This document shows, one piece after another, positions 8,748-18,101 of a DNA stretch of 27,841 nucleotides (its first letter is position 1; each line of letters starts with the position of its first letter). The translations under genes were made by a program, and so were the position numbers. A model generated the notes under the pieces. It was not told the origin of the DNA, did no database searches, and worked only from the letters and a program-made list of their open reading frames with translations. The stretch covers positions 1 through 27,841 of the forward strand of contig JAWLEP010000035.1 of NCBI GenBank assembly GCA_041686025.1. The letters are read 5' to 3'. Origin of the DNA: Candidatus Fermentibacteraceae bacterium. GTDB lineage: Bacteria > Fermentibacterota > Fermentibacteria > Fermentibacterales > JCC-6.

Positions 8748-10943
8748 CGATCGGAGGAAGAGGGCGGCCAGGGGGGGAAGGGTGAGGCAGACCGACCAGT
8801 CGTGGCCGTGCCAGGCCTCGGGGTCGGCGGCCACCTCGCCGAGGTTGCCCACTCCGCTGCCGCCGTAGTGCTGCGAGTCGGTGTTGAGCGCCTCCCTCCA
8901 TGTGCCGCCTTCGGGGACGCCTATCCGGTAGCCCTCGCGAACCACGGGGGTCATGTTGAAGACGCACACCACCTTCTGCTCGCCCTCTCCGGCCTCCCGG
9001 ACGAAGGAGACCACCGTGGCGGCCTGGTCGCGGAAGTCGATCCAGCTGAACCCCCGTGAGGAGCAGTCCTGCCTGTACAGGGCGGGGGAATCCCGATAGA
9101 GACGGTTGAGGTCTCCCACCAGCCTGGAGACGCCACCGTGCTCGGGATACTCCGCCAGGGCCCAGTCCAGCTGGCTTTCGTGGTCCCACTCGTCCCACTG
9201 GCCCAGCTCGGCGCCCATGAACAGCATCTGCTTGCCGGGGTGGGCCCACTGGTAGGCCAGCAGAAGCCGGAGGCTGGCCATCTTCTGCCAGCGGTCCCCC
9301 GGCATCCTGGACAGCAGCGAGGCCTTTCCGTGCACAACCTCGTCGTGGGACAGGGGAAGGAGGAAGTTCTCCGTGTAGGCGTACAGAAGGGAGAATGTGA
9401 GGTCGTTGAGGTGGTGCTTGCGGTGCACGGCCTCCTTGGACATGAACCGCAGGGTATCGTGCATCCAGCCCATGTTCCACTTCAGCGTGAAGCCCAGGCC
9501 GCCGAGGTGGGTGGGCCTGGTTACACCGGGCCACGCGGTGCTCTCCTCGGCTATCATCATCACTCCGGGATGCAGGCCGTGGGCCCGGGAGTTAAGCTCC
9601 TTCAGAAAGTCTATGGCCGCCAGGTTCTCGTTGCCGCCGTAGCGGTTGGGCAGCCACTGGCCGGCCTCCCGGGAGTAGTCCAGGTAGAGCATGGAAGCGA
9701 CCGCGTCCACCCGCAGGCCGTCTACGTGGTAGCGGTCCAGCCAGAACAGGGCGCTGGCCAGCAGGAAGTTGCGCACCTCGTTGCGGCCGTAGTTGAATAT
9801 CAGCGTGTCCCAGTCCGGGTGCCGTCCCAGACGGGGGTCCTCGTGCTCGTAGAGGGCGGTGCCGTCGAAGCGGGCCAGGGCGAACTCGTCGTCGGGAAAG
9901 TGCGCCGGCACCCAGTCCAGTATCACCCCTATTCCGCTGCGGTGGCACTCGTCCACGAAGGCGGCGAAGTCCCCGGGGGTGCCCAGCCTGCTGGTGGGCG
10001 AGAAGTAGCCCGTGGTCTGGTAGCCCCAGGAGGCGTCGAAGGGATACTCCATGATGGGCAGCAGCTCGATGTGCGTGAAGCCCAGGCCGCGGACGTAGGG
10101 TATCAGCTCCCGCCGCAGGAAGTCCCAGGAGACGGGAGACCCGTCGTCGGGCCTTCGCCAGGAGAGGGCGTGCACCTCGTAGACGGAGACGGTGGAGGAG
10201 AGGGGGTCGGTCTTCGCCCGGGCCTTCATCCACTCGCCGTCGCTCCATTCGTAGGGGGAGGGGTCGGCCAGCACGGAGGCGGTACGGGGACGGAACTCGC
10301 TGCGCAGGGCCAGGGGGTCGGCCTTCTCCACGATCCGGCCCTGGGCGGTGCGGATGGAGAACTTGTAGAGGTCGCCGGGGGAGGCCAGGGGCACGAACAG
10401 CTCCCACATTCCGGAGGAGCCCCTGGTTCGCATGGGATGGCGCCTACGGTCCCAGCCGTTGAAGTCGCCCACCACGCTCACCTGGCGGGCGTTGGGGGCC
10501 CATACCGAGAACAGGGCCCCACGTACCTGGCCCACGCTCCATATCCGGCCGCCCAGGCGCTCGTAGAGCCTCTCGTGCCTGCCCTCTCCCAGGAGGTGCA
10601 GGTCCATCTCCCCCAGCTGCGGTCCGAAGGCGTAGGGGTCCGGCGTCTGCCAGCGGCTTCCGTCGTCGGCCTCGAACTCCAGCAGGTAGGGGAAGTCCTT
10701 CCGGCCCGGCTCCGAGATCCAGGTGAACAGGCCTTCGGGATGGACCCGCGACATCTCCTCGGTCCCTCCGTCACCCGGGCGGATCCAGGCCCTCTTCGCC
10801 GCGGGGCAGAAGGTGCGGACCTCGGTCCTGCCTTCGTGCTCGGGGCCCAGCGGATGGCGGCCCAGCAGCGCGAAGGGGTCGGCCAGACGCACTTCAACTA
10901 CGCTCTCTATCTCGCTGCTGCTCAGTACGGTATCGCTGCTCAA
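8730..10943 (-). CDS. glgB: 1,4-alpha-glucan branching enzyme (GH13_9)
   Basis: TTG start with GGAGG RBS. Motifs FSVWAPNA, YEVH..SW, SWGYQ, DWVPAHF, DGLRVDAVASMLY, IAEEST, KWNMGWMHD and LSHDEVVHGK. Confidence 0.97.
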   Translation of the reverse strand: MSSDTVLSSSEIESVVEVRLADPFALLGRHPLGPEHEGRTEVRTFCPAAKRAWIRPGDGGTEEMSRVHPEGLFTWISEPGRKDFPYLLEFEADDGSRWQTPDPYAFGPQLGEMDLHLLGEGRHERLYERLGGRIWSVGQVRGALFSVWAPNARQVSVVGDFNGWDRRRHPMRTRGSSGMWELFVPLASPGDLYKFSIRTAQGRIVEKADPLALRSEFRPRTASVLADPSPYEWSDGEWMKARAKTDPLSSTVSVYEVHALSWRRPDDGSPVSWDFLRRELIPYVRGLGFTHIELLPIMEYPFDASWGYQTTGYFSPTSRLGTPGDFAAFVDECHRSGIGVILDWVPAHFPDDEFALARFDGTALYEHEDPRLGRHPDWDTLIFNYGRNEVRNFLLASALFWLDRYHVDGLRVDAVASMLYLDYSREAGQWLPNRYGGNENLAAIDFLKELNSRAHGLHPGVMMIAEESTAWPGVTRPTHLGGLGFTLKWNMGWMHDTLRFMSKEAVHRKHHLNDLTFSLLYAYTENFLLPLSHDEVVHGKASLLSRMPGDRWQKMASLRLLLAYQWAHPGKQMLFMGAELGQWDEWDHESQLDWALAEYPEHGGVSRLVGDLNRLYRDSPALYRQDCSSRGFSWIDFRDQAATVVSFVREAGEGEQKVVCVFNMTPVVREGYRIGVPEGGTWREALNTDSQHYGGSGVGNLGEVAADPEAWHGHDWSVCLTLPPLAALFLRSVPDVN

Positions 10944-10955
10944 TGTGCCTCCGGG

Positions 10956-12308
10956 TCAGAGGATGATTAGCATGCCCAGCCCCAGCAGGAGCAGGTAGCC
11001 CACCGAGTCGGTGAAGGCGGTCAGCAGTATGTTGCTGCCCAGGGCGGGATCGCGGCCTATTGCCCGGAGCATCAGGGGGATGGCGGCGCCCAGAATGCCA
11101 GCCAGACCCATGTTGGCCACCATCGCCATCAGCACCACCAGTCCCAGCAGATGCGCTCTCTCCACCCCGGGGTAGACCAGGGCTATGGAGCCGGCCACCA
11201 TACCCGCCACCAGCCCCAGCATCACTCCCAGGGCGGCCTCTTTCAGCACTGCCCGGAGCCCGGATGAGAACTCCAGCTCCCCCAGGGCCATGCCCCGGGT
11301 GATGACGATGAGCGACTGGTTGCCGGCGTTGCCCCCCATGCCGGCCACCAGGGGCATGAAGGCGGCGATTATGGCTATGTTGGAGATGACGCCCTCGAAG
11401 CGGCTGACCACGAAAGCGGCCACGGATGCCGTGAAGAGGTTCACCCACACCCAGGGGAACCGCTGCCGGAAGGCAATCCGCACCGGCGTGAACACACGGT
11501 CCGCCTCCGAGAGGCCGGCCATCCTGTACATGTCCTCGGTGGCCTCCTTCTCCATGACGTCGAAGAGGCTGTCACCGGGTATCACGCCCACCAGCCGGTG
11601 GCTGTCGTTCACCACCGGTACCGCCATCAGGTTGTAGCGGCGGGCTATGGAGGCGGCATCCTCGCGGTCGGTGTTCTCGTTGACGGTGAAGGGGTCGGTG
11701 AGCATCAGGTCCCTGACCGGAGTGTCCTGGGGACAGGTCACCATCCTCCGCAGGGGAATGACACCCGCCAGGCGTCCCGCCTCCTCCAGAACGTAGACGT
11801 ACAGCGGCGCCTCCACGTCCTCGCTCTGGCGGCGGATGGTGTCCACCGCTTCCCTGGCGGTCATGGAGACGTCCACGGACATGAAGCTGGTGGTCATGCA
11901 GTAGCCGGCGGAGTCCTCGGGGTATATCAGAAGACGCTCGATGGCGCTGCGCTGCGCGGGGGGAAGGAGGGCCAGTATCGCCTCGTGCCTGTCCTCGGGG
12001 ATGGTGGCCAGGAACTGCAGGGCCTCGTTGGAATCCAGCTCCTCCAGTATGCTGGCTATGCGCTGGTCGTTCAGGGTCTCCAGAACGTCCTGCAGAATGC
12101 CCTCCGGCAGCTCGGCAAGGACGTCGCCCACCTTCTTCTGCTTGAACAGGACGCTGACCAGGGTGGCGGACTCGGACCTGGTGAGGCTTCCGAAGATCTC
12201 GGCGATGTCCGCGGGGTGCAGCTTGCCTATGGCCAGCCCGGCGCGGCTGATGGCTCCGCTGGCCAGCAGCTTGCGGATGTACTCCACGTGCGTGTGCGTC
12301 AGTCTCAT
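10956..12308 (-). CDS. mgtE: Magnesium transporter MgtE
   Basis: LHPADIAE N-domain, YPEDSAG..MT, a CBS pair, EATEDMYRMAG, GMGGNAGNQS and DPA...TAFTD. The ATG at 12308 has an AAAGGGG RBS. Confidence 0.95.
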   Translation of the reverse strand: MRLTHTHVEYIRKLLASGAISRAGLAIGKLHPADIAEIFGSLTRSESATLVSVLFKQKKVGDVLAELPEGILQDVLETLNDQRIASILEELDSNEALQFLATIPEDRHEAILALLPPAQRSAIERLLIYPEDSAGYCMTTSFMSVDVSMTAREAVDTIRRQSEDVEAPLYVYVLEEAGRLAGVIPLRRMVTCPQDTPVRDLMLTDPFTVNENTDREDAASIARRYNLMAVPVVNDSHRLVGVIPGDSLFDVMEKEATEDMYRMAGLSEADRVFTPVRIAFRQRFPWVWVNLFTASVAAFVVSRFEGVISNIAIIAAFMPLVAGMGGNAGNQSLIVITRGMALGELEFSSGLRAVLKEAALGVMLGLVAGMVAGSIALVYPGVERAHLLGLVVLMAMVANMGLAGILGAAIPLMLRAIGRDPALGSNILLTAFTDSVGYLLLLGLGMLIIL

Positions 12309-12330
12309 GCCGACCCCTTTCGACGCCACT

Positions 12331-12358
12331 AAGCTACACAAACTGGCATACCTGTCAA
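12331..12358 (-). promoter_or_regulatory. Putative sigma70 promoter for mgtE-glgB (TTGACA-16 nt-TAGCTT)
   Basis: Perfect TTGACA at 12358-12353 and TAGCTT at 12336-12331 on the minus strand, just upstream of the mgtE RBS. Confidence 0.55.
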
Positions 12359-12397
12359 CGAACCGGCGGCAAGAGAGTGCGAAGACGCCGGCTCTGA

Positions 12398-12426
12398 TTG
12401 ACAGCAGGGGGGCTCTGCGCTAGCAT
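12398..12426 (+). promoter_or_regulatory. Putative sigma70 promoter for the PilZ-PorV-kinase-miaB operon (TTGACA-17 nt-TAGCAT)
   Basis: TTGACA at 12398-12403, a 17-nt spacer and TAGCAT at 12421-12426, followed by a GGAGG RBS before the ATG at 12463. Confidence 0.7.
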
Positions 12427-12462
12427 TACGGGGAACGCTCAAAGGGTCAGGAGGAGGGACAG

Positions 12463-12810
12463 ATGGCTGATTTCAACGGGGAAGACCGCCGCGATTTCCC
12501 GCGGGCAGCCCTGCGATTCGACGTAAGAGTTGACACCGATGACATGCCCGTGCTTCCCGTGCGGGCGCTGAACCTCAGCGCCTCGGGCATTTACTGCGAG
12601 AGCAGCAGGAGCATAGGGGAACTCAAGCGGGTTCAGCTGGTTCTTAAGATCGATGATTGGGACATGGAGATAAAGGCCCGGGCAGTGGTTATCCGGGAGG
12701 AGGAGTTCCCGGACGGAAACTACGGAATCGGCATGTTCTTCACCAGCATCCCCGACGACGCCCGGGCAACCATCGCGGAGCTGGTGGCCACCAGAAAAGG
12801 AAAGGCCTGA
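12463..12810 (+). CDS. Single-domain PilZ protein (c-di-GMP binding)
   Basis: RRDFPR (RxxxR) and NLSASG (N/DxSxxG) motifs, with C-terminal YGIGMFF..I. Confidence 0.9.
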   Translation: MADFNGEDRRDFPRAALRFDVRVDTDDMPVLPVRALNLSASGIYCESSRSIGELKRVQLVLKIDDWDMEIKARAVVIREEEFPDGNYGIGMFFTSIPDDARATIAELVATRKGKA

Positions 12811-12815
12811 CCCCG

Positions 12816-13907
12816 ATGAACAAGCCCTTCAGAGCCATGGCGGCGGCTGCGGTGCTGGCGGCAGCCGTTCCGTCGGCTGCCACCAAGTACGCCGGAGAGT
12901 TCATGTACATTGGCGCAGGCGGAAGGGCGCTGGGCATGGGAGGGGCATACGCCTCCCTGGCGGCCGACGCCACCGCCGGCTACTGGAACCCGGCGGGGCT
13001 GGTGAGGATGGTCGGCTCCGAGGCCCAGCTCATGCACTCCGAGCGCTTCGGGGGCCTGGTCACCTACGACTACCTGGCCTACGGCCGCTCCGACGGAGAG
13101 ACCGGTCTGGGGGCAAGCCTGTTCCGGACGGACATGGGCGACGTTCCCAACACCACGGACATGGAGTTCTACGACACCGGCTCCGACGGAGTGTTCGGCG
13201 AGGACGGGACGGGCGAGCCCGGAGACGCCGGCGACGACGACTACGACCCGGACACCAACCCGGACGGAACCGAGGGCAACGGGGAGTGGGACCCGGGCGA
13301 GGAGATCATCTACGACGAGAGCAGGATAACCTATCAGAGCTGCGTGGACTGGGCCCTCTACCTCTCCTGGTCCCGCCACCTGACCGACCGGCTTACACTG
13401 GGCACCTCGGCCAAGGTGATCTCCAGGACCATCATGGACCACAGCGGCTGGGGCCTGGGCTTCGATGCCGGTGCCCAGATGAGGTTCTCAGACGCCTTCT
13501 CCATGGGCCTTTCCCTGCAGGACGTCTTCGGCACCTATCTCTTCTACGACACGGGGACCAGGGAGAGCGTCCTGCCCACGGCAAAGCTGGGAATGTCGGC
13601 GCAGTGGCCCATACAGAGGTTCGCCTCCGTCCTTACCTTCAGCATGGACGGGGACTTCCGCTTCGAGGGCCGCAAGGCCTCCGCCCAGTACCACATGGGA
13701 GAGGTGAGCCTGGACACCCACATGGGCTTCGAGCTGATGGTAAAGGACAGAGTGGGCCTGCGTCTGGGAGGATCGGAGGGCAGCCTGACCGCCGGCCTGG
13801 GCCTGAAGCTGGGGCTGATGGGCCGCCCGGTGAGCCTTGACTACGCATACCTGAGCCATGAGGAACTGGACAACACGCACAGGTTCTCCCTGGGCGTGGG
13901 CTTCTAG
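12816..13907 (+). CDS. PorV/PorQ-family outer-membrane beta-barrel protein
   Basis: Signal peptide, then KYAGEFMYIGAGGRALGMGGAY..LAADATAGYWNPAGL, G.GFDAG, DYAY and C-terminal HRFSLGVGF ending in Phe. Confidence 0.85.
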   Translation: MNKPFRAMAAAAVLAAAVPSAATKYAGEFMYIGAGGRALGMGGAYASLAADATAGYWNPAGLVRMVGSEAQLMHSERFGGLVTYDYLAYGRSDGETGLGASLFRTDMGDVPNTTDMEFYDTGSDGVFGEDGTGEPGDAGDDDYDPDTNPDGTEGNGEWDPGEEIIYDESRITYQSCVDWALYLSWSRHLTDRLTLGTSAKVISRTIMDHSGWGLGFDAGAQMRFSDAFSMGLSLQDVFGTYLFYDTGTRESVLPTAKLGMSAQWPIQRFASVLTFSMDGDFRFEGRKASAQYHMGEVSLDTHMGFELMVKDRVGLRLGGSEGSLTAGLGLKLGLMGRPVSLDYAYLSHEELDNTHRFSLGVGF

Positions 13908-13927
13908 GAGCGCGGGGGCCCTCCGGT

Positions 13928-14527
13928 TTGTACCTGGACGAGATACTCCGGAAGGCCGTTCACGTAGGATCCATCATCTTCCCCGCCGCAGCCGTCATCT
14001 TCGACAGGACGGACCTGGTGCTGGCCCTGGCCGCCATCAGTCTGGCCCTGCTGTTCTTCGACTACCTCAAGGCCCGTAACAAGGCGTTCAAGAACCTCTT
14101 TCTGGGCGTATTCGGAAAGATGCTCAGGCACAGCGAGGAGCAGGGGGGCATGACGGCGTCCACCATCGTGGTGGCCTCCGCGGCGCTGACCATTCTGCTG
14201 TTCCGCACGGAGATAGCCGTGGCCGCCCTGGTGTTCCTGAGCATGGGAGACAGCGCCGCCGCGCTGGTGGGCAGGCACTGGGGCCGAATCCGGCTGGTCT
14301 CGGGGCGGACGCTGGAGGGCAGCCTGGCGGCCCTCAACGTCTGCCTCCTGGCCGCCATCGGTCTGATGGCTCTGCGTCCCGCAATGGGCTGGAACCTCAC
14401 CCCCGCCGCTCTTCTGGCCGGCGCCGTGGCCGCCACCCTGGCCGAGCTGTTCGAGCTTCCCCTGGACGACAACCTCCGCATCCCCCTGGCGGCGGGACTG
14501 GTGATGGAACTGCTGGTTCCGGGCTGA
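13928..14527 (+). CDS. Dolichol/phytol kinase-like CTP-dependent polyprenol kinase, membrane protein
   Basis: EILRKAVH, LR.SE, GDSAAALVGR.WG, GRTLEGS and DDNLRIP, with multiple transmembrane segments. TTG start. Confidence 0.8.
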   Translation: MYLDEILRKAVHVGSIIFPAAAVIFDRTDLVLALAAISLALLFFDYLKARNKAFKNLFLGVFGKMLRHSEEQGGMTASTIVVASAALTILLFRTEIAVAALVFLSMGDSAAALVGRHWGRIRLVSGRTLEGSLAALNVCLLAAIGLMALRPAMGWNLTPAALLAGAVAATLAELFELPLDDNLRIPLAAGLVMELLVPG

Positions 14528-14528
14528 C

Positions 14529-15827
14529 ATGAGCCCCGTGCATAGCTTCTACCTCGAGGTCTACGGCTGCCAGATGAACGTCCACGACGCAGAGATCATG
14601 GCCGGAATCCTCACCGACGCCGGAATGAGCCAGGCCCCGTCTGCCGAAGAGGCGGACGTGATACTAATAGTGACCTGCGCGGTGCGGGAGAAGGCGGAGA
14701 CCAGGGCCCTGGGCAGGGCGGCGCAGCTCTGCGGCCTGAAGGGGGAGGAGGGGCTTCCCCTGGTGGCCATCTGCGGCTGCGTGGCCCGCGAGCACGGCCG
14801 GAGCCTTCTGAAGCGGCTGCCGAAACTGGACCTGGTGGTGGGCCCCGACAGCTACAGAGGCCTTCCGGGGCTGCTGGCGGAAAGCGGCCGCGGCTGCTCC
14901 GTGGACTTCCGTCCGGAGAGCTACGACGGCGTAAGGGCCGTGAGGAGGGACTTTCCCAGGTCCTTCGTCACCGTAATGCGCGGCTGCGACAACCGCTGCA
15001 GCTACTGCATCGTCCCCTACGTCCGGGGAAGGGAGCGCAGCAGGAGCGCCGGGGCGGTTCTGGAGGAGGTGGCCGAGCTCTCCCGGGAAGGCTACGGGGA
15101 GGTAACCCTGCTGGGCCAGAACGTGAACTCGTACCGGGACGGCTATGTGGACTTCCCCCGGCTGCTGGAGTCTGCGGCCCGGGAGGCGGCGCCGGCCTGG
15201 ATACGCTTCGTCACCAGCCATCCCCGGGACTTCGGCCCCGAGCTGGCCGGAGCCATGGCGGCGAGCGAAAACGTCTGTCCCCAGCTGCACCTTCCGGCCC
15301 AGTCCGGCAGCGACAGGGTGCTGGCCGCCATGGGCCGGGGATACACCGCGGAGCAGTACCTCGACAAGGTGGTCATGGCCAGGCGGGTCGTTCCCGGGCT
15401 GGTGCTCTCCACCGACATCATCGCCGGCTTCCCCGGGGAGACCGGGGAGGAGTTCGAGGCCACCGTGGAGCTGCTTCGCGAGGTCCGCTTCGACTACGCC
15501 TTCCTCTTCCGCTACTCGGAGAGGTCCGGTACAGCGGCGGCCCGCATGAAGGGGGCGCTTCCGGTGGAGGAGAGGCTGAGGAGGCTTCAGAGGCTGCAGC
15601 GGCTGCAGCGGGAGATAACCGTGGAGAGGTCGAAGGCGTTGGTGGGAAGACGCATGGAGGTGCTGGTCACCGGTGATGCCCGGCGCCCGGGGCAGCAGGC
15701 GGCAAGGAGCCCGGGAAACAGGATGGTGGTCCTGGAGGGCACGGACTACGGGCCGGGGGAGATGGTCACGGTAGAGATAGTCCGGGCGGACGGATGGACC
15801 CACTTCGGCCGGCCGGTCCGAGACTGA
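14529..15827 (+). CDS. miaB: tRNA-i6A37 methylthiotransferase MiaB
   Basis: YGCQMN, TCAVREKAE, GCVA, radical SAM motif GCDNRCSYCIVPYVRGRERSR, LLGQNVNSY, HLPAQSGS, TDIIAGFPGET and a C-terminal TRAM-like region. Confidence 0.92.
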   Translation: MSPVHSFYLEVYGCQMNVHDAEIMAGILTDAGMSQAPSAEEADVILIVTCAVREKAETRALGRAAQLCGLKGEEGLPLVAICGCVAREHGRSLLKRLPKLDLVVGPDSYRGLPGLLAESGRGCSVDFRPESYDGVRAVRRDFPRSFVTVMRGCDNRCSYCIVPYVRGRERSRSAGAVLEEVAELSREGYGEVTLLGQNVNSYRDGYVDFPRLLESAAREAAPAWIRFVTSHPRDFGPELAGAMAASENVCPQLHLPAQSGSDRVLAAMGRGYTAEQYLDKVVMARRVVPGLVLSTDIIAGFPGETGEEFEATVELLREVRFDYAFLFRYSERSGTAAARMKGALPVEERLRRLQRLQRLQREITVERSKALVGRRMEVLVTGDARRPGQQAARSPGNRMVVLEGTDYGPGEMVTVEIVRADGWTHFGRPVRD

Positions 15828-15830
15828 GGC

Positions 15831-16055
15831 TCAGCCCTCTTTCTCCGACTCGTCGGCGTCCAGCTCCTCCAGCACCTCGGTTACCGCCATCTCGGTCTCT
15901 GAGAGCCTCGTTCGCAGCGCCCTTATCAGATCCGCCGCCCGCCTGACCCTGGACTCCAGCTCGTCCACCGGGCAGTCCTCGCGACCGATCTGATCCACGA
16001 TCTCCGTGAGCTCCTCCATCTGCTTCTCGTATGTCATCTCATTCTTGTCGCTCAT
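15831..16055 (-). CDS. xseB: Exodeoxyribonuclease VII small subunit
   Basis: TYEKQMEELTEIVDQI...VDEL..V.RA.DLI...R..L...E pattern, AGGAGG RBS, directly downstream of xseA. Confidence 0.9.
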   Translation of the reverse strand: MSDKNEMTYEKQMEELTEIVDQIGREDCPVDELESRVRRAADLIRALRTRLSETEMAVTEVLEELDADESEKEG

Positions 16056-17475
16056 GTGATCTCCTCCTGTCGGGACGGATCTCCTCGGCCCTTGCCGCTA
16101 CGGATCCGTCGCGGAGTCGAACATCTATCCCATCACCCGGGGATACCTCCCCGGCGCTGCGTATGATGCGGCCGTCCTCATGGCGGGCTATGGCCCATCC
16201 CAGGGCCAGGACCCTCTCCGGGTCACGACTGTCCACGGAGGCCGCCAGCCTTTCCAGCCGCAGCCTGGCGCTCCCCAGAAGGGCCCTGGAGCTGCGGGAC
16301 AGCGACCTGGCCGCCTCGAAGAGCCTTCCTCGCCGGCGCTGGATACGCTGGAGCAGGCCGGCCCGCGCCAGGCCGCTGCGGGCGGCTGCCAGCTCTGAGG
16401 CGCGCATGCGCAGAAGCCGGAGGCTGTCCCTGGACAGGGCTTCGGCCAGCCCGTCTATGGAAGCCACCTCCGTCCGGGCCCGACCGCTTACGGACCTCTC
16501 CAGGGCGGCGGCCATTCCGCGCAGGCGGACGGATGCGGACCGGAGCGCCGGCCCGGCGTGGCTCTGCAGCATCCGGGCCAGAGAGTCCAGATCGGCCTCG
16601 AAACCGGCCACCGCGTCCACCAGGACGGCGGCCGCGTGGGTGGGGGTCTTCGCCCTTATGGACGCGGCCAGATCGGGCAGCGTGGTGTCCACCTCGTGGC
16701 CGATGCCGGAGACCACGGGAACCGGGCTCGCCGCTATGGCCCGGGCGATGGACTCGTCGTTCATCCAGCCCAGGTCGGTGGTGGAGCCTCCTCCCCTGGT
16801 CAGAACGATGACGTCCAGGTCCTCCTTGCACAGACGTCCTATGGCCCGGGTCACGGTAGCGCCGGTCTCCCTGCCCTGCATGGCGGCCCATGCCGCCCTG
16901 ACCCTGAAGGGGTAGCGGGACTCCTCCAGCGTCTGAAGAAAGTCCCGGCACGCCGCAGATCCGTCGGCGGTCACCAGGCCCACCTGCAGGGGCAGCCGGG
17001 GCAGTGCGAGGGCGGCGTTGGCGTCCAGAACGCCTTCGCTGCGGAGCTTCTTTGCCAGCTTCTTGAGCCTCAGGGCCTGGGTTCCCTGGCTCCAGGCAGC
17101 GTCTATGCTCTGGACCACGAACTGGTAGCGGCCCCCCTGGGGCCAGAGGTTCACCCTGCCCAGCGCCCTTATGGACATGCCCTCCCGAAGCTGGAAGGTC
17201 TCGCCCAGCCGGGCGAACTCCCGCACCACCGACGCCCTGGCGCCGGCGAAGAGGGCGCAGTCTATGGAAGCTTGCGGAAAACCGCCCCGCTGCGAGGGCT
17301 CAACCAGCTGGAAGTAGGTATGGCCCCTGCGTCCGGGCCGCGGGCTGCCGGCCACCTCTCCCCGCACCCAGACCGGATAGGGAAAGGCCGTCTCCAGCAG
17401 CGAGGATACCCGGCGGTTGAGCTCCAGTACCGAGAGGTCGCCGGCGTCAGTAGACCCTGAGGCTGTAGGAACCAC
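16039..17475 (-). CDS. xseA: Exodeoxyribonuclease VII large subunit
   Basis: LSVLELN, VWVRGEV, GHTYFQL, VGLVT...AA..DF, MQG, TRGGGS, VVSGIGHEVDTTL.DL.A...TPT and VLALGWAI. Probable GTG start at 17475 with GGGGAG upstream. Confidence 0.93.
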   Translation of the reverse strand: MVPTASGSTDAGDLSVLELNRRVSSLLETAFPYPVWVRGEVAGSPRPGRRGHTYFQLVEPSQRGGFPQASIDCALFAGARASVVREFARLGETFQLREGMSIRALGRVNLWPQGGRYQFVVQSIDAAWSQGTQALRLKKLAKKLRSEGVLDANAALALPRLPLQVGLVTADGSAACRDFLQTLEESRYPFRVRAAWAAMQGRETGATVTRAIGRLCKEDLDVIVLTRGGGSTTDLGWMNDESIARAIAASPVPVVSGIGHEVDTTLPDLAASIRAKTPTHAAAVLVDAVAGFEADLDSLARMLQSHAGPALRSASVRLRGMAAALERSVSGRARTEVASIDGLAEALSRDSLRLLRMRASELAAARSGLARAGLLQRIQRRRGRLFEAARSLSRSSRALLGSARLRLERLAASVDSRDPERVLALGWAIARHEDGRIIRSAGEVSPGDGIDVRLRDGSVAARAEEIRPDRRRSHERQE

Positions 17476-17836
17476 CCGTCTCCCCGATGTCGTGAACCAC
17501 AACGTGAGCGCTGCCGGTGTAGGGGGCATTGAGCGTGAAGCTCTCCCCGCCCCTCTCGACTCCCTCTGCGATGGCGTGCTCCCGGGCCAGCAGGTAGTCC
17601 TCGTAGTAGGGGAGGTTCATGAACCTGTCCAGGTCCATGTCGGAAGAGGCAACCACCACATCGAAATCCGCCCCATCCTCCAGGGGATCCAGGACCACCC
17701 AGTAGCTCATGCCCTCCACCAGGGAGACCGTGTACAGACAGGTGGCGCCGCGGTCCAGGGCATCCTCCGTCGCCAGGAGGGGGGAGGACTCGGACCCGGA
17801 GGCCAGGGCCAGGGCCAGCAGAAAAGCAGCAGTCAT
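17447..17836 (-). CDS. Small secreted protein, PPC (pre-peptidase C-terminal)-like beta-sandwich
   Basis: ATG at 17836 with AAAGGAG RBS and signal peptide MTAAFLLALALASG. DFDVVV...ESFTLNAPYTGSAHVVVH....GSYSLRV is PPC-like. 129 aa. Confidence 0.7.
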   Translation of the reverse strand: MTAAFLLALALASGSESSPLLATEDALDRGATCLYTVSLVEGMSYWVVLDPLEDGADFDVVVASSDMDLDRFMNLPYYEDYLLAREHAIAEGVERGGESFTLNAPYTGSAHVVVHDIGETGGSYSLRVY

Positions 17837-18087
17837 ACAGGCTCCTTTCGCGCCGTTTACGGGGAGTATGATCGCATCTGGCACCCCGGCGGTCAAGAAG
17901 AGGGAAGGTGAGGAGGGTCGCTGAGAGGGTATCCGGGGGCGGGGAAACCACCGGAAGATAGCGCGAAAGGTGATGGGATAAGCCGTAACTCGCCATAAGA
18001 AGATGAAAAATGCCATTAACGGCGTTGTTGCCGCTACGCCGTCCCAGCAAACGGCCCCACTCGGGAGCCTGCCCATGCAAGGGGGTA

Positions 18088-18101
18088 TTATAACGTTATA
18101 A
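18088..18101. promoter_or_regulatory. Perfect 14-bp AT-rich palindrome TTATAACGTTATAA (candidate operator or overlapping divergent -10 boxes)
   Basis: Self-complementary sequence near the middle of the 533-bp divergent intergenic region. Confidence 0.45.

Noticed and set aside
9138..10970. Long antisense or alternate-frame ORFs (e.g. 9138-10970 +, 18088-20094 -, 23350-25215 +, 1847-3109 +)
   Set aside because: They overlap well-supported genes, have no recognisable motifs, and are expected shadows in GC-rich DNA.
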